From a candidate division WOR-3 bacterium (GTDB taxonomy: Bacteria > Hydrothermota > Tepidihabitantia > SM23-42 > JAOAFX01), in assembly GCA_026416055.1 (NCBI GenBank), contig JAOAFX010000001.1, forward strand, positions 5,833-69,832: DNA of 64,000 nucleotides, read 5' to 3'. The position numbers and the translations under genes were made by a program. Below are positions 16,337 to 25,804 of the stretch, piece after piece. The number at the start of each line of letters is the position of its first letter. The stretch's first letter is position 1. The notes below the pieces were generated by a model that saw nothing but the letters and a program-made list of their open reading frames with translations, was not told where the DNA came from and made no database searches.

Positions 16337-18694
16337 AGACCCTTCGGTAAGCTGTTTTAAAATCTCTTTTGCTGGTTCAAAATTGGGATCCAGGCGCAGC
16401 GTCTCATTCAGTTCCTTTATCGCTCTATTGATATCATTATTCAGATATAAGCAGTAAGCAAGATTATAATGGGCAAGAGGATATAGTGGGTTGATTTCCA
16501 CCTCTTTCTGGCAAAGCGCCAATCCTTCTTTTAATCTTCCAGTCAGGGCATATGCAATCCCCAGAGTGGTTGCCGAGCCAATGAGTGAAGGATAAAGGGC
16601 GAAAGATTTTTCCATCAACTGACATGCCTTCTTTGGATCTCTGGTCAAAATTTTATGTGCCTTCTGTAATAAGAATTTTGCGTTTTTTATTCTTTGCATG
16701 ATTGCTTCTGTATAACGATCATCAAAAAATTCAATATTTTTTGTTTGATTACCGAATGCCTTCAAATCGTATATTGACTGGTAGGGAATGGCCGAAGATA
16801 ACTGTAATCTTTTTTCCTTCACGACTCTGTAAAGTCGGTAAAAATTATTTTGATACACCAGTTCAAAATGTGCTAAATCTTCGGGGAAGAAGTGTAATAA
16901 AAATGCTGCTGATCTGGAATGAACTTCCTTCTTTCCCGCAATCCAGCGGCTTCCATCACGGGTATCATCGAGTAAAATTTTTATGTCATACAAAAAATAA
17001 TTGACATTTTTACTTTTACAGTAGTTGTAAAATTCGGTTTCAGAACTATAGATTGCGTCAAAAAATTCCTTTACAAGCTTCTGGCAATTTTTTACTTCAA
17101 ATTTCGGTTGAAGAACTATTGGCCGTCTGGCATAAGTAAATATGAGTGGACCCACACCGAAGGAAGAAAGAAATATTGCGTCCTCTGGGGTTTCATGGCG
17201 GATAAATCTTACAAGTTCTAAATTATTTAAGCGCCAGTTATAAAATTCTTGGCTGATTTCATTACCGAATATCCGGCGCAGTGTTGTTATATAACCAGTG
17301 GGATTATGGAGATGATAACCTTGGTAAAAATTGAATAGAAATACTATTCCCAGTACTGCTGATGGGAGATAATTATAAAATTTAAACCCTTTTTTTAACT
17401 CCACAACTCCAATCGCTGCAGCCAGCACACTGACGAAATAATTGTTTACCACCCCCATCCTCTCAATCGTCAGATAGCCCAAAAAAAATATAATGCTGAA
17501 GAAAATGAATAATCTGATTGATGAGTCGAAAAATCTTTTTCTTGTCAAGTAAACGAAACTGAATAGTGCCGGAATTATCAGTGGAAAAAGATTTTTGAAA
17601 ATACTAACCGGATGGGGACTGTTGAACGCTTCAATCCATAACGACCTTGCAGGATAATCAAGCAACCCAGGGTCAGCCGGTTTGATTCCAAAAAATTTAA
17701 TTTTGTTTATAATCAAAGACCATACATGGGTATATTCAGCTTCAATATTTAAAAGCCTTGTAATTACTATACTGACAGCAAGAAATACTAAGCCTATTAT
17801 AATTGACAACCTGCCCCGGGATGAAGATACAACGGTGTATTCAGCCTTCTGTTTAAAGATAAAAATACCTAAAATTGCACCAAAACTTAGTGCAAAAGGG
17901 AGTGAGAGAAAATATAATCTGCTTTTTAATACTGGTACAAAAAAACTTCCAATAAAAGGGATTAATAATGTATAAAAAAGCACTAAGGCATTATCTTTCA
18001 GTCTTGAGCCTCTTTCAAACACCCAGAGATTGAATACTGAAATGAATACTATTGCCAGAAATATGAATCGTGAGAAATGCCATGAACAGAGGCTTATTAA
18101 AAAGCAAATACCCGAAAGAAAGGAGAAAAGAATTTTGTTTTTTGAACTTCTTATCGCGTAGAAGTAGCTTGCAAGTCCGAAGGCAATAAAAGGAAGCGCA
18201 AAATCTTCGTTTAAAAAGCCAAATGTAGAACGACCCACAGAAACAAGAGAAAAATTAAATAATAAACAGGCAAGTATGGAATAGAAATGACTTATGCCAA
18301 TGGCCCTGCTTAAAAAAAATATTGCAAATATACCGAGGCTTGCGCAACCTGCAATAAATATTATTGTCCAGGTATGGAATAAAACATTTCTCTCTTTCAA
18401 TCTGAAAATTCTATAAAGCCAGCCACAGGGGTATTCCATTAAAATTGTAAGGTTTTCAAAAATTTTTACTCCCTCAGGTGCCTGAAGTTTTGGATCGAAT
18501 GATGGAATTTTTTCACCACTGGCAATTAGTTCTGCATAATGGTACTGCAATGCATTCTCGGTCCAGTAAAAGGCAGTGGGGTCTTTAGGGTCGTAATATT
18601 CAGGATTTGTGCTCAAGCGGAAGCGGTATACAATTGATGTAAAAAAAATTAGAAGCAAGATAATAGCTATGATTATGCTTTTAAACTTCACCAT
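16331..18694 (-). CDS. polytopic membrane protein with C-terminal TPR repeats (candidate GT-C-type glycosyltransferase)
   Basis: 787 aa with more than 10 predicted TM helices. The C-terminus has TPR-like repeats (...AHYNLAYCLYLNNDINRAIKELNETLRLDPNF...). Family assignment is tentative. Confidence 0.5.
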   Translation of the reverse strand: MVKFKSIIIAIILLLIFFTSIVYRFRLSTNPEYYDPKDPTAFYWTENALQYHYAELIASGEKIPSFDPKLQAPEGVKIFENLTILMEYPCGWLYRIFRLKERNVLFHTWTIIFIAGCASLGIFAIFFLSRAIGISHFYSILACLLFNFSLVSVGRSTFGFLNEDFALPFIAFGLASYFYAIRSSKNKILFSFLSGICFLISLCSWHFSRFIFLAIVFISVFNLWVFERGSRLKDNALVLFYTLLIPFIGSFFVPVLKSRLYFLSLPFALSFGAILGIFIFKQKAEYTVVSSSRGRLSIIIGLVFLAVSIVITRLLNIEAEYTHVWSLIINKIKFFGIKPADPGLLDYPARSLWIEAFNSPHPVSIFKNLFPLIIPALFSFVYLTRKRFFDSSIRLFIFFSIIFFLGYLTIERMGVVNNYFVSVLAAAIGVVELKKGFKFYNYLPSAVLGIVFLFNFYQGYHLHNPTGYITTLRRIFGNEISQEFYNWRLNNLELVRFIRHETPEDAIFLSSFGVGPLIFTYARRPIVLQPKFEVKNCQKLVKEFFDAIYSSETEFYNYCKSKNVNYFLYDIKILLDDTRDGSRWIAGKKEVHSRSAAFLLHFFPEDLAHFELVYQNNFYRLYRVVKEKRLQLSSAIPYQSIYDLKAFGNQTKNIEFFDDRYTEAIMQRIKNAKFLLQKAHKILTRDPKKACQLMEKSFALYPSLIGSATTLGIAYALTGRLKEGLALCQKEVEINPLYPLAHYNLAYCLYLNNDINRAIKELNETLRLDPNFEPAKEILKQLTEGSL

Positions 18695-18760
18695 TTAAAA
18701 GCATTAATTAGTTCAGGATAGATGCTTGAGTATGAATAAATTTTTGCGATAAATGATATT

Positions 18761-19018
18761 CTATTCCGGTAAAACCTTATATACGAGGTCTTTTTCGTGG
18801 ACAACAGAATCTACCTTCATCCCTATACTTTCACCCTTTTTTGCTTTCTCAATCGGCTTGTGTTCAATCTGCATAGAATGGACGACCTGCTGAAAATCAG
18901 TAGTACGTCCCTTTATATGGATTGTATCACCAACATTCAATTCATCATCAGTAATCTCAATGACCGCAACCCCTATTTTGTTAAAGTAATGAGTAACTTT
19001 ACCAATCAGTTTTTCCAT
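18761..19018 (-). CDS. small EF-Tu-domain-2-like beta-barrel protein
   Basis: 85 aa: IGKVTHYFNKIGVAVIEITDDELNVGDTIHIKG...GESIGMKV... resembles stand-alone translation-factor-like barrel proteins. Confidence 0.4.
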   Translation of the reverse strand: MEKLIGKVTHYFNKIGVAVIEITDDELNVGDTIHIKGRTTDFQQVVHSMQIEHKPIEKAKKGESIGMKVDSVVHEKDLVYKVLPE

Positions 19019-19111
19019 ATTTAACTCCTTTATTTTATATTTTATTTACTTTACAGAATTAGTCAACATCTGATTTGCCGTTCGTTTGATGAGCCGTTCT
19101 ATTAAAATTTA

Positions 19112-19139
19112 TTGACATCGTATTTATTTTTAATATAAT
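19112..19139 (+). promoter_or_regulatory. promoter TTGACA-N16-TATAAT for tRNA-Glu
   Basis: Perfect hexamers. The predicted TSS (~19146) is 1 nt before the mature tRNA 5' end. Confidence 0.55.
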
Positions 19140-19146
19140 TGAGCAC

Positions 19147-19222
19147 GGCGCCATCGTCTAACTTGGTTCAGGACATCGCCCTCTCAAGGCGAAGATTACG
19201 GGTTCGAATCCCGTTGGCGCCA
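19147..19222 (+). tRNA. tRNA-Glu (anticodon CUC)
   Basis: Hand-folded cloverleaf: acceptor GGCGCCA/TGGCGCC, anticodon stem TCGCC/GGCGA with loop CTCTCAA, T-arm ACGGG-TTCGAAT-CCCGT. No encoded CCA. Confidence 0.85.
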
Positions 19223-19224
19223 CT

Positions 19225-21285
19225 TCAATTTCTTGCGGTTTCAATTTTAACAATCTGATATCCTTTTCCATCTATCGACACCGTTTCTCCCGGTTTCTTT
19301 CCCAACAATACATCCCTGGCAATTGGCGATTCACAGGAAATTATATTTTTTGCAAGGTCAGCATCCCAGGGACCAAGGATTACATATTCAAGGATGCTAT
19401 CATCTTGTAAGGATTTGAGAATCACCTTCGTTCCAACGCCCACCCTGGAGGTATCAATATTACTGAAATCAATTAATTTTGCCCTGCGCAATTCAGATTC
19501 AAGCATCCTCACCTTCTGGTATAATTGATCCTGCTTTTCTTTTGCCGCTTTATATTCAAAATTTTCACTCAAATCCCCATATTCACGTGCACGGCTGATT
19601 TCTTTTTTATTCTCCGGAATTTCCACGGTGAGGAGGTGTTCAAGTTCTTTCTTCTTACGCTCCAGTGCTTCTGCGGTTGTATAAATGTAGTCTTCCTTTT
19701 TCTCGTTTAAATCAGGAAAGTAATAATCAATTATCCGTAGATAATCACCTTTCTCATATCCTTTGAGAACCGTTGATTTGACCAATGCTTCCCTTATTCT
19801 CGCAACTTCGGTGATTTCGGTATTCTTTATGATGGAATCAAATCGTTCCAGGGTCAAGGCTTTAAGAAAATTCGGTTTGGCGTTTTTGATGTATTCAAGA
19901 TTGTTGATCAGACGCGGCAAATATCGGGGTTCAAGAAATTCCTTTAAAAAACCACCTGTCAGTTTTTTTAATATATACACAAAAACACATGGATATTTCT
20001 GGGGCATTGATAAAGCTGATTTATAAAATTCATCTAAGCTATATCCTGAAACTATAAGTTCTTCTTCAATCTTTTCAATCAACTTTGTTTCATCAGTAAG
20101 CGCCATTATTTGCTGGAATATCCTCTGCCAGTTCTGAGGTTCCCTTTTTTTTATTTCCTGTAAGAACTTTTTTTTATGTTCATAGTTTTTCAAATTGAGC
20201 AGTAAATTTTCGTAGGTCTCATATTTTAAAATATCATCAATTGTATAACTTATACCTGTTTTGCCGTACTCTTCACATAGATAATAGATATCAAGACATC
20301 GTGCCGGATGTCTTGGATATTCTTCATTCGCTGTAGAGATGAGTAAATTTATAATCTCGTTAAGCAATTCAGGATACTCTTTTGCACACCGCTCAGCATA
20401 AAGGTACTTTTCATCAATATCCCCTTTCTGGAATGAAACAATGAAAGATTCCTTTTTATTTCCATCTGTTATGTATTGATAAATCTTCTGCCCTTTTCTT
20501 GATTCTACCTTTACGCACTCATTCTTTTCAAGTTTTTTCCTGACCTTTTCCCAGTATCTATCAATCTCACCCTCATCTATTATTCCAGTCAGGTGCTTTT
20601 TGATATCTCCGGAGCCAAGCGGTTCCTGGTAGCTTTTCAGCATAAATATCACAAGACCCACAGGGTCTTCCTCTGCCAGTTTCTTCAATTCTTCAATGTT
20701 TTTGTATTTCTTGAATAAAAAAGTCCCTTCGGGTGCAGGTTTCAGGAGTCCTTGTGCCACTTCGAATTTTGCAAAATAGCCCTTCTGCTTTTGAAAATCA
20801 AGCACGACCTCACGCCGTTCGGGATTCATGGAGACGACTTCACCCAGACCAAATTTTTCAAAATAAAAAACACGACCGATATCATATTTTAAGAATTCTT
20901 CAAGCCGTTCAAGACTCTTAAAAATATGCTCACCTTTTTCAATCCCTGATAGTTCAATAAATCTTTCAATCCGTGGATTATCATTGTATTTCGTTTTATA
21001 TAATTCCACGATTGCCTTTCTCAATAATCTATCATCTTCGGTGAAGTAAGCCATATGTTTATAAACTTCGATTGCTTCATCAAATCGCCTCTGAATTTTC
21101 AAATGAGAAGCAAGGATTTCAAGAAGCATAAAGGCAGATTTCGTTTCCTTTATTTTCTTCAATTCATCGGCTATGCTCAGGAATTCCTGTACAGGACTAT
21201 CCCCGGCTTCAACCATTTCTATCCATAAATTTTCTACTTCAGCAAGATTTCTTTCTTCAATCAATCTTTTTATTTTTTCAGTCAT
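19225..21285 (-). CDS. GreA-family transcript-cleavage factor with a ~530-aa N-terminal extension
   Basis: The C-terminal ~155 aa (...AREYGDLSENFEYKAAKEKQDQL...GPWDAD...ISCESPIARDVLGKKPGE) form GreA/GreB coiled-coil and globular domains. The N-terminal part has no family I recognise. Confidence 0.65.
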   Translation of the reverse strand: MTEKIKRLIEERNLAEVENLWIEMVEAGDSPVQEFLSIADELKKIKETKSAFMLLEILASHLKIQRRFDEAIEVYKHMAYFTEDDRLLRKAIVELYKTKYNDNPRIERFIELSGIEKGEHIFKSLERLEEFLKYDIGRVFYFEKFGLGEVVSMNPERREVVLDFQKQKGYFAKFEVAQGLLKPAPEGTFLFKKYKNIEELKKLAEEDPVGLVIFMLKSYQEPLGSGDIKKHLTGIIDEGEIDRYWEKVRKKLEKNECVKVESRKGQKIYQYITDGNKKESFIVSFQKGDIDEKYLYAERCAKEYPELLNEIINLLISTANEEYPRHPARCLDIYYLCEEYGKTGISYTIDDILKYETYENLLLNLKNYEHKKKFLQEIKKREPQNWQRIFQQIMALTDETKLIEKIEEELIVSGYSLDEFYKSALSMPQKYPCVFVYILKKLTGGFLKEFLEPRYLPRLINNLEYIKNAKPNFLKALTLERFDSIIKNTEITEVARIREALVKSTVLKGYEKGDYLRIIDYYFPDLNEKKEDYIYTTAEALERKKKELEHLLTVEIPENKKEISRAREYGDLSENFEYKAAKEKQDQLYQKVRMLESELRRAKLIDFSNIDTSRVGVGTKVILKSLQDDSILEYVILGPWDADLAKNIISCESPIARDVLLGKKPGETVSIDGKGYQIVKIETARN

Positions 21286-21291
21286 GCTTCT

Positions 21292-21319
21292 ATTATACTG
21301 AAAAAAACCAACCAGGCAA
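21292..21319 (-). promoter_or_regulatory. promoter TTGCCT-N16-TATAAT; leaderless start of the greA-like gene
   Basis: -10 at 21297..21292. The predicted TSS coincides with the A of ATG 21285. Confidence 0.45.
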
Positions 21320-21411
21320 GGGACGAGTTAAATAGGAAACCAATCTTTGTCTGAAAAGTTCAACTTCAGGATGAGAAATAGTTCTGGTAAAAATGGCAAT
21401 TCTGTTCAGTG

Positions 21412-22452
21412 CTACATATAATTTGCAAGAAGTTCTTCAACAGGATGGGGTGAATAATAACTGGGAGGAATTTCTAACATCGTGTAGGCACCATATCTCT
21501 TTTCCTTGTTGAATCGATAGCAGGCACGGGCACAAGCCACAAGGATACTTGCAGTAGCTTCAGGGTTACTGCCCCAGTCGCAATGGTACTCAATCAGTGC
21601 ATTATTATTATTAGAGGTATTGCCAGAAAGGATTATTGAACCCTTGTGAGGAAATTCTCTATGTTTCTGATTCAATTCCTTTTCTGAAACAAAGATCACC
21701 TTTGTATCATAGTCTGCAAAATAATTGGGCATTTTCTTTATCTGATGTATAATATCCCTTTTATCTGCATCCGGATGTGCCACAACATAAACAACTCTTC
21801 TGTGCATCATACCCGGTTTTAAAACAGGATTTTTGCCACCTTTTACCATCTTTATTGATTTTTTTATTGGAATTGTGTAAGAGCGCGCATCAAGCACACC
21901 GGGAACCTGGCGGACTGCATCTGAATGTCCTTGACTCACACCAGGACCCCAGAAGGTATAAATTTTACCCCCGGGTATGAATGCATCAGCAAGAACCCTT
22001 TCCATGGAGAAGGTTCCTGGATCCCAGCCTGCGGAGATGATTGAAGTATGCCGGTTTATTCTTGCCACCTTTCCCATCTGCCGGTAATAATCGGGAATAC
22101 GGCGATGGGTATCAAAACTATCGACAGTATTGAAAAACTGGGCAAAATAAAGACCCTGACCATGGGAATATGGGTCAGGAATGCGTACCCGGCTCAATTC
22201 TTTATTATTCTCCACACCGAAGATATCATCCTTTGAACCACCGCAGAGAATTGCAACATCCGCAATGCTCTTGAAATCGTCAAAAGAATACACCGGCACG
22301 TCTTTTTCAATCTTTTTTACTGCTTCAGGACGTCTGGTTATTATCTCAACCAGTTCCATATCTGGATTTTTATCTATCGCCTTCTTCACGCCCTTTCCCA
22401 GATTACCAAACCCAATGATTGCTATCTTGATTTTATTTTTTTTCATTCTCAC
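21412..22452 (-). CDS. ddh: meso-diaminopimelate D-dehydrogenase
   Basis: KIAIIGFGNLGKG Rossmann motif and WGPGVSQGHSDAVRQVPGV, characteristic of Ddh. Last gene of the lysine operon. Confidence 0.75.
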   Translation of the reverse strand: MRMKKNKIKIAIIGFGNLGKGVKKAIDKNPDMELVEIITRRPEAVKKIEKDVPVYSFDDFKSIADVAILCGGSKDDIFGVENNKELSRVRIPDPYSHGQGLYFAQFFNTVDSFDTHRRIPDYYRQMGKVARINRHTSIISAGWDPGTFSMERVLADAFIPGGKIYTFWGPGVSQGHSDAVRQVPGVLDARSYTIPIKKSIKMVKGGKNPVLKPGMMHRRVVYVVAHPDADKRDIIHQIKKMPNYFADYDTKVIFVSEKELNQKHREFPHKGSIILSGNTSNNNNALIEYHCDWGSNPEATASILVACARACYRFNKEKRYGAYTMLEIPPSYYSPHPVEELLANYM

Positions 22453-23690
22453 TCCTTTCTGAAAAGTTTTCTGATGGTATTATACGCCCGGTTTTTGTCC
22501 TGGGATTCAACAAAGATCATAATATCGGTGTGGACTGTTAAAACTTCCCAGATGTTGATCTTCTCTCTGGCTATTGGAGTCACTATCTTCTTGAGAGCAC
22601 CGGGCTCATTTATAAATTCCAAACTCCGTACTACAATCTTGGCAATTCCTTTTTTCAGATTCAAAGCCTTCAGGTTTTTTACCTCTGAGATAAGTTCAGA
22701 GAGAAGTCCATAGGCCTCCTCAGCCCTTTTTTCTTCCACATATACTGCTAATAGATTATCTGAAATCGTGAGGGAGTGTATGGCAATCTTTTTTTCCGTA
22801 AGGGCACCTGAGAGCAGGCTTAAAATCCCTGGTGTTTCCGGTATCTTTTCGCCAATAAAAGTAAGAACCCCATAGGTTTTCTCCGAGAGGACAATTGAAA
22901 CATTTTTATCAAATATAACCTCGGTTCCGCTGTTCTCAATACTTTTACTATCATTTGCGATCACCCTTAATCTGGGAAGATTCCTTCTATGTTTTAAAGA
23001 TACAGGATTTAGCACCTGTGCACCAGAGGCAGCAAGGGCACCGAGTTCAGTCCAGGAAAGTTTTCTTATCATCTTTGGATTAGAAACGATCTTGGGATCA
23101 ACACTCAGGATACCTCCAACATCCTTTACCAGGACCAATTCTCCTGCTCCTAATAATTCTGCAATCAATAATGCCGAGATATCACTGCCACCCCGACCCA
23201 GTGTTACGACCCTTTCTTTTTCATCCTGGGCAACAAAACCAGGGATTACCAAAATATTCTTATTTAACAGGGCGCGGATATACTTACGCACGATCCTCCA
23301 TGATTTCGGTAGAAGCGAAAATTCCCTTTTTTCATTGATCTTCTGGGCACTGAGCTGGGTCTTTGATTTCAATCTTATGTGTATTGGCCACTCTGGCATA
23401 CCAGGCATGATTGCACAGGCATTGGCACCGAGAGATTTGAAAACTGATTCAAAGATCATTGCTGAAAGGACTTCACCCATACCTGCAAATTTTTCAAACC
23501 CGTAGAAGTCAGGTTCAGGAACTGCTTCCTGATATATCCTGATCAACTCATCGGTCTGCCCCTTCATTGCCGAAGTGACAAGACAGATTCTTGTATTCTT
23601 AAATTTCAAAAGTAGCCTTGCAATTTTCAGAAAATCACCTGGCCCAGCAAGGACTGAGCCTCCAACCTTGAAGACCTTTATATTATTCAT
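22449..23690 (-). CDS. lysC: aspartate kinase
   Basis: VFKVGGSVL..., GRGGSDISA and C-terminal ACT-like repeats. Overlaps both neighbouring genes. Confidence 0.8.
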   Translation of the reverse strand: MNNIKVFKVGGSVLAGPGDFLKIARLLLKFKNTRICLVTSAMKGQTDELIRIYQEAVPEPDFYGFEKFAGMGEVLSAMIFESVFKSLGANACAIMPGMPEWPIHIRLKSKTQLSAQKINEKREFSLLPKSWRIVRKYIRALLNKNILVIPGFVAQDEKERVVTLGRGGSDISALLIAELLGAGELVLVKDVGGILSVDPKIVSNPKMIRKLSWTELGALAASGAQVLNPVSLKHRRNLPRLRVIANDSKSIENSGTEVIFDKNVSIVLSEKTYGVLTFIGEKIPETPGILSLLSGALTEKKIAIHSLTISDNLLAVYVEEKRAEEAYGLLSELISEVKNLKALNLKKGIAKIVVRSLEFINEPGALKKIVTPIAREKINIWEVLTVHTDIMIFVESQDKNRAYNTIRKLFRKE

Positions 23691-24894
23691 TTGCTATTAA
23701 CTCCTTTAAAGATTGTTTCTTTCTGATTAATTTTATTCCACCATCTATAAGATATTCTTGCGGCAACGGTCGTCCATTATATGTAGATGCCATCGTTCTC
23801 GTATATGCACCAGAATTATGGATAAGCAGATAATCACCGATTTTGAGTTCTGGTAGATTGAATACACCAAACTCATCGGCATTCTCGCAGAGCGGTCCTG
23901 TGACCCGTACCTTCAATCTTCTGCCTTTATATTTGAAAAGTGGCTCGATGTGATGATAGGCATCATAGAGCGCAGGCCTTGGATTTTCGGTCATGCCTGC
24001 ATCGATCATATAAACTGGTAGGTGGTTCCGCATTTTCTTATCAATCAGGCGCGTAAGAATATACCCACCGTTGGCAACAAAGAATCTACCGGGCTCAAGC
24101 AGGACTTCTAAATTATATCTCTGTTTCATCTGCCGGTAGCAATCGACGATGGGACTGAAATCGAGATCCTTTTCCTCTGGTCTATAGGGAACACCGAATC
24201 CACCACCAAGATTGACAAAATCTATCTTTATCCTGTTCTTTTTGAAAAACTCAATTGCTTCAACTACTTTTCGACTCGCTTTGATAAAGGGCTCAGGTGA
24301 AAGAATCTGGGAACCGATATGAGAATGTATCCCGACAAGCTTTGCGTATCTGAATTTCTTTATGATCCTCAACACTTCAGACAATTCTTCCATTTTTATG
24401 CCGAATTTGCTCTTTGTCGAGCCGGTTGAAAGATGGGGATGGGTCTCGGGAAAAATCCCTGGATTTATACGCACAAAGACTTTTATACATTTACCCATTT
24501 CTTTTGCAACCTGTTCCAGAAGGATTGCCTGATTGATGCTTTCAAAATTGAAAAATTCTACGCCGCTTTTCAGGGCATAATAAATTTCTTCTGATTTTCT
24601 TGCCACATTATTATAAAGGATTTCATTTCCTTTGAATCCAGCTTTTTTACAGATGAATATCTCACCCGGTGATACAACTTCTGCCCCAATCCCCTGATCC
24701 TTTATAAGTTTTAGAATTGTGAGATTTGTATTTGCCTTTACCGCAAAATACAGCCGGGCAATATCAGTAAAGTTCTTTTTAAGAATGGCAATATTCTTTA
24801 AAATTTTTTGCCGGTCATAGACATAACAGGGAGTATCAATATCATTCCCTGATTGTATCCTCCTTTTTATTTTCGCCACCAGTTTATCTTCCAT
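23683..24894 (-). CDS. lysA: diaminopimelate decarboxylase
   Basis: PLP-dependent Orn/DAP/Arg decarboxylase fold (YFAVKANTN, HSHIGSQ, GGGFGV, CENAD). SD AAAGGGGG precedes ATG 24894. Confidence 0.85.
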   Translation of the reverse strand: MEDKLVAKIKRRIQSGNDIDTPCYVYDRQKILKNIAILKKNFTDIARLYFAVKANTNLTILKLIKDQGIGAEVVSPGEIFICKKAGFKGNEILYNNVARKSEEIYYALKSGVEFFNFESINQAILLEQVAKEMGKCIKVFVRINPGIFPETHPHLSTGSTKSKFGIKMEELSEVLRIIKKFRYAKLVGIHSHIGSQILSPEPFIKASRKVVEAIEFFKKNRIKIDFVNLGGGFGVPYRPEEKDLDFSPIVDCYRQMKQRYNLEVLLEPGRFFVANGGYILTRLIDKKMRNHLPVYMIDAGMTENPRPALYDAYHHIEPLFKYKGRRLKVRVTGPLCENADEFGVFNLPELKIGDYLLIHNSGAYTRTMASTYNGRPLPQEYLIDGGIKLIRKKQSLKELIANE

Positions 24895-24913
24895 TTAACC
24901 CCCTTTTCTATTT

Positions 24914-24944
24914 TAAAATAAAAAAGCCCACCAATCCGGTGGGC
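24914..24944 (-). terminator. intrinsic terminator (attenuator) in the lysA leader
   Basis: Minus strand reads GCCCACC-GGATT-GGTGGGC followed by TTTTTTATTTT, about 30 nt upstream of the lysA SD. Confidence 0.7.
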
Positions 24945-24965
24945 TCTCGTCCATAAATCAATAAA

Positions 24966-25031
24966 TCAGGGGGACGAAAAGCCCACCCCCTTGTGAACCT
25001 TCTTCATCCAGTATCTTCTAAAAAGCCTCAT
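24966..25031 (-). CDS. candidate leader peptide MRLFRRYWMKKVHKGVGFSSP (21 aa) of the lysine operon
   Basis: My translation. Lys codons AAG AAG .. .. AAG lie just before, and run into, the 5' arm of the antiterminator. The stop TGA lies inside the antiterminator loop. ATG 25031 is about 2 nt from the predicted TSS, and an internal ATG at 25007 is also possible. Confidence 0.3.
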   Translation of the reverse strand: MRLFRRYWMKKVHKGVGFSSP

Positions 25032-25039
25032 CACCGATA

Positions 25040-25067
25040 AGTATATCCAGAAATTAGAAAAAGTCAA
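25040..25067 (-). promoter_or_regulatory. promoter TTGACT-N16-TATACT of the lysine operon leader
   Basis: -35 at 25067..25062 and -10 at 25045..25040. Confidence 0.55.
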
Positions 25068-25090
25068 GGATGACCAACTGATTCCTCCCC

Positions 25091-25152
25091 ACTCTCTTTT
25101 AGTTTAATGGTTTTTTGTTTTCCTGCAGGAGCGACTTCCCAGTCGCGATAAT
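25091..25152 (+). repeat. intergenic repeat, copy 2 (62 nt), abutting the IS110 remnant
   Basis: Reads actctcttttagtttaatggttttttgttttcctgcaggagcgacttcccagtcgcgataat and matches 4922..4987. Confidence 0.7.
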
Positions 25153-25299
25153 TCCGAGACTGGAAGTCAAATCTCTACATTCTACATTCATTGTGCTACT
25201 TCCTTCTATTTTAACAAATTTGGGGCGAAAATTAGCAACCCTAACCATTCACTTTTGTATAAATAAAGTGGATTATAAATAAAAACAGAAGGTGCAATT

Positions 25300-25804
25300 A
25301 TGAAATTTATCGGGATTGATTTCATAAAAAATATTCGTTCATCACAGAGATGAGCGAAAATGATGGTATGATACAATCAAATCAGGTTATCAAATGATCG
25401 TGATGGTCTGAAAAGTTATCTTACCAATCTGCCTGCGGATAGTAAAATTGCTATTGAAAACATCTGTAATTGATATTATTTTTATGAACTCATTGAAGAA
25501 CACGATCTCGATGTCTTCCTTGCTCATCCCTTAAAAACTAAAGCTATTGCCACAGCACCATTGATGAATGATAAAATTAGCTCCGAAACCCTGGTACACC
25601 TGCTCCGTACTAACTTGCTACCCGCCGCATATATTCCAGAACAAGTACCCGGAATGTCCTTATCAACGCGTTATCGTAGTTCATATGAACGGGTGGCACA
25701 AAAACATGGTCGTGGTACGACACGGATTGCAATTGCCCGTAGTATGCTCAAATTTAATCAGCCTTATCAAGAAAGATAATCCGGTCAGCGCCTTGGGGTC
25801 ATAA
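25300..25804 (+). pseudogene. IS110-family (DEDD) transposase remnant, frameshifted and internally deleted
   Basis: MKFIGIDF.. start, then stops and frameshifts. Later fragments LIEEHDLDVFLAHPLKTKAIATAP..NDKISSETLVHLLRTNLLPAAYIPEQ and KHGRGTTRIAIARSMLK match conserved IS110 transposase blocks. Only ~500 bp remain. Confidence 0.7.

Noticed and set aside
24895-25067. Lysine (L-box) riboswitch or Lys T-box upstream of lysA
   Set aside because: The leader is only about 140 nt, and I could not place the five L-box helices or their conserved junction sequences. The GGGGGUGGGC stretch is one nt out of register with the T-box consensus (AANNNGGGUGGNACC), there is no Stem I or specifier structure, and UGGG would not match an A73 tRNA-Lys. 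Rejected by eye only, so an Rfam scan is still needed.
4922-25152. The two direct repeats as boundaries of a 20-kb mobile island
   Set aside because: The enclosed genes are core housekeeping (recJ, thyX, purD, lysA/C, ddh, greA-like, a tRNA) arranged in long operons. There is no integrase and no compositional break visible by eye.
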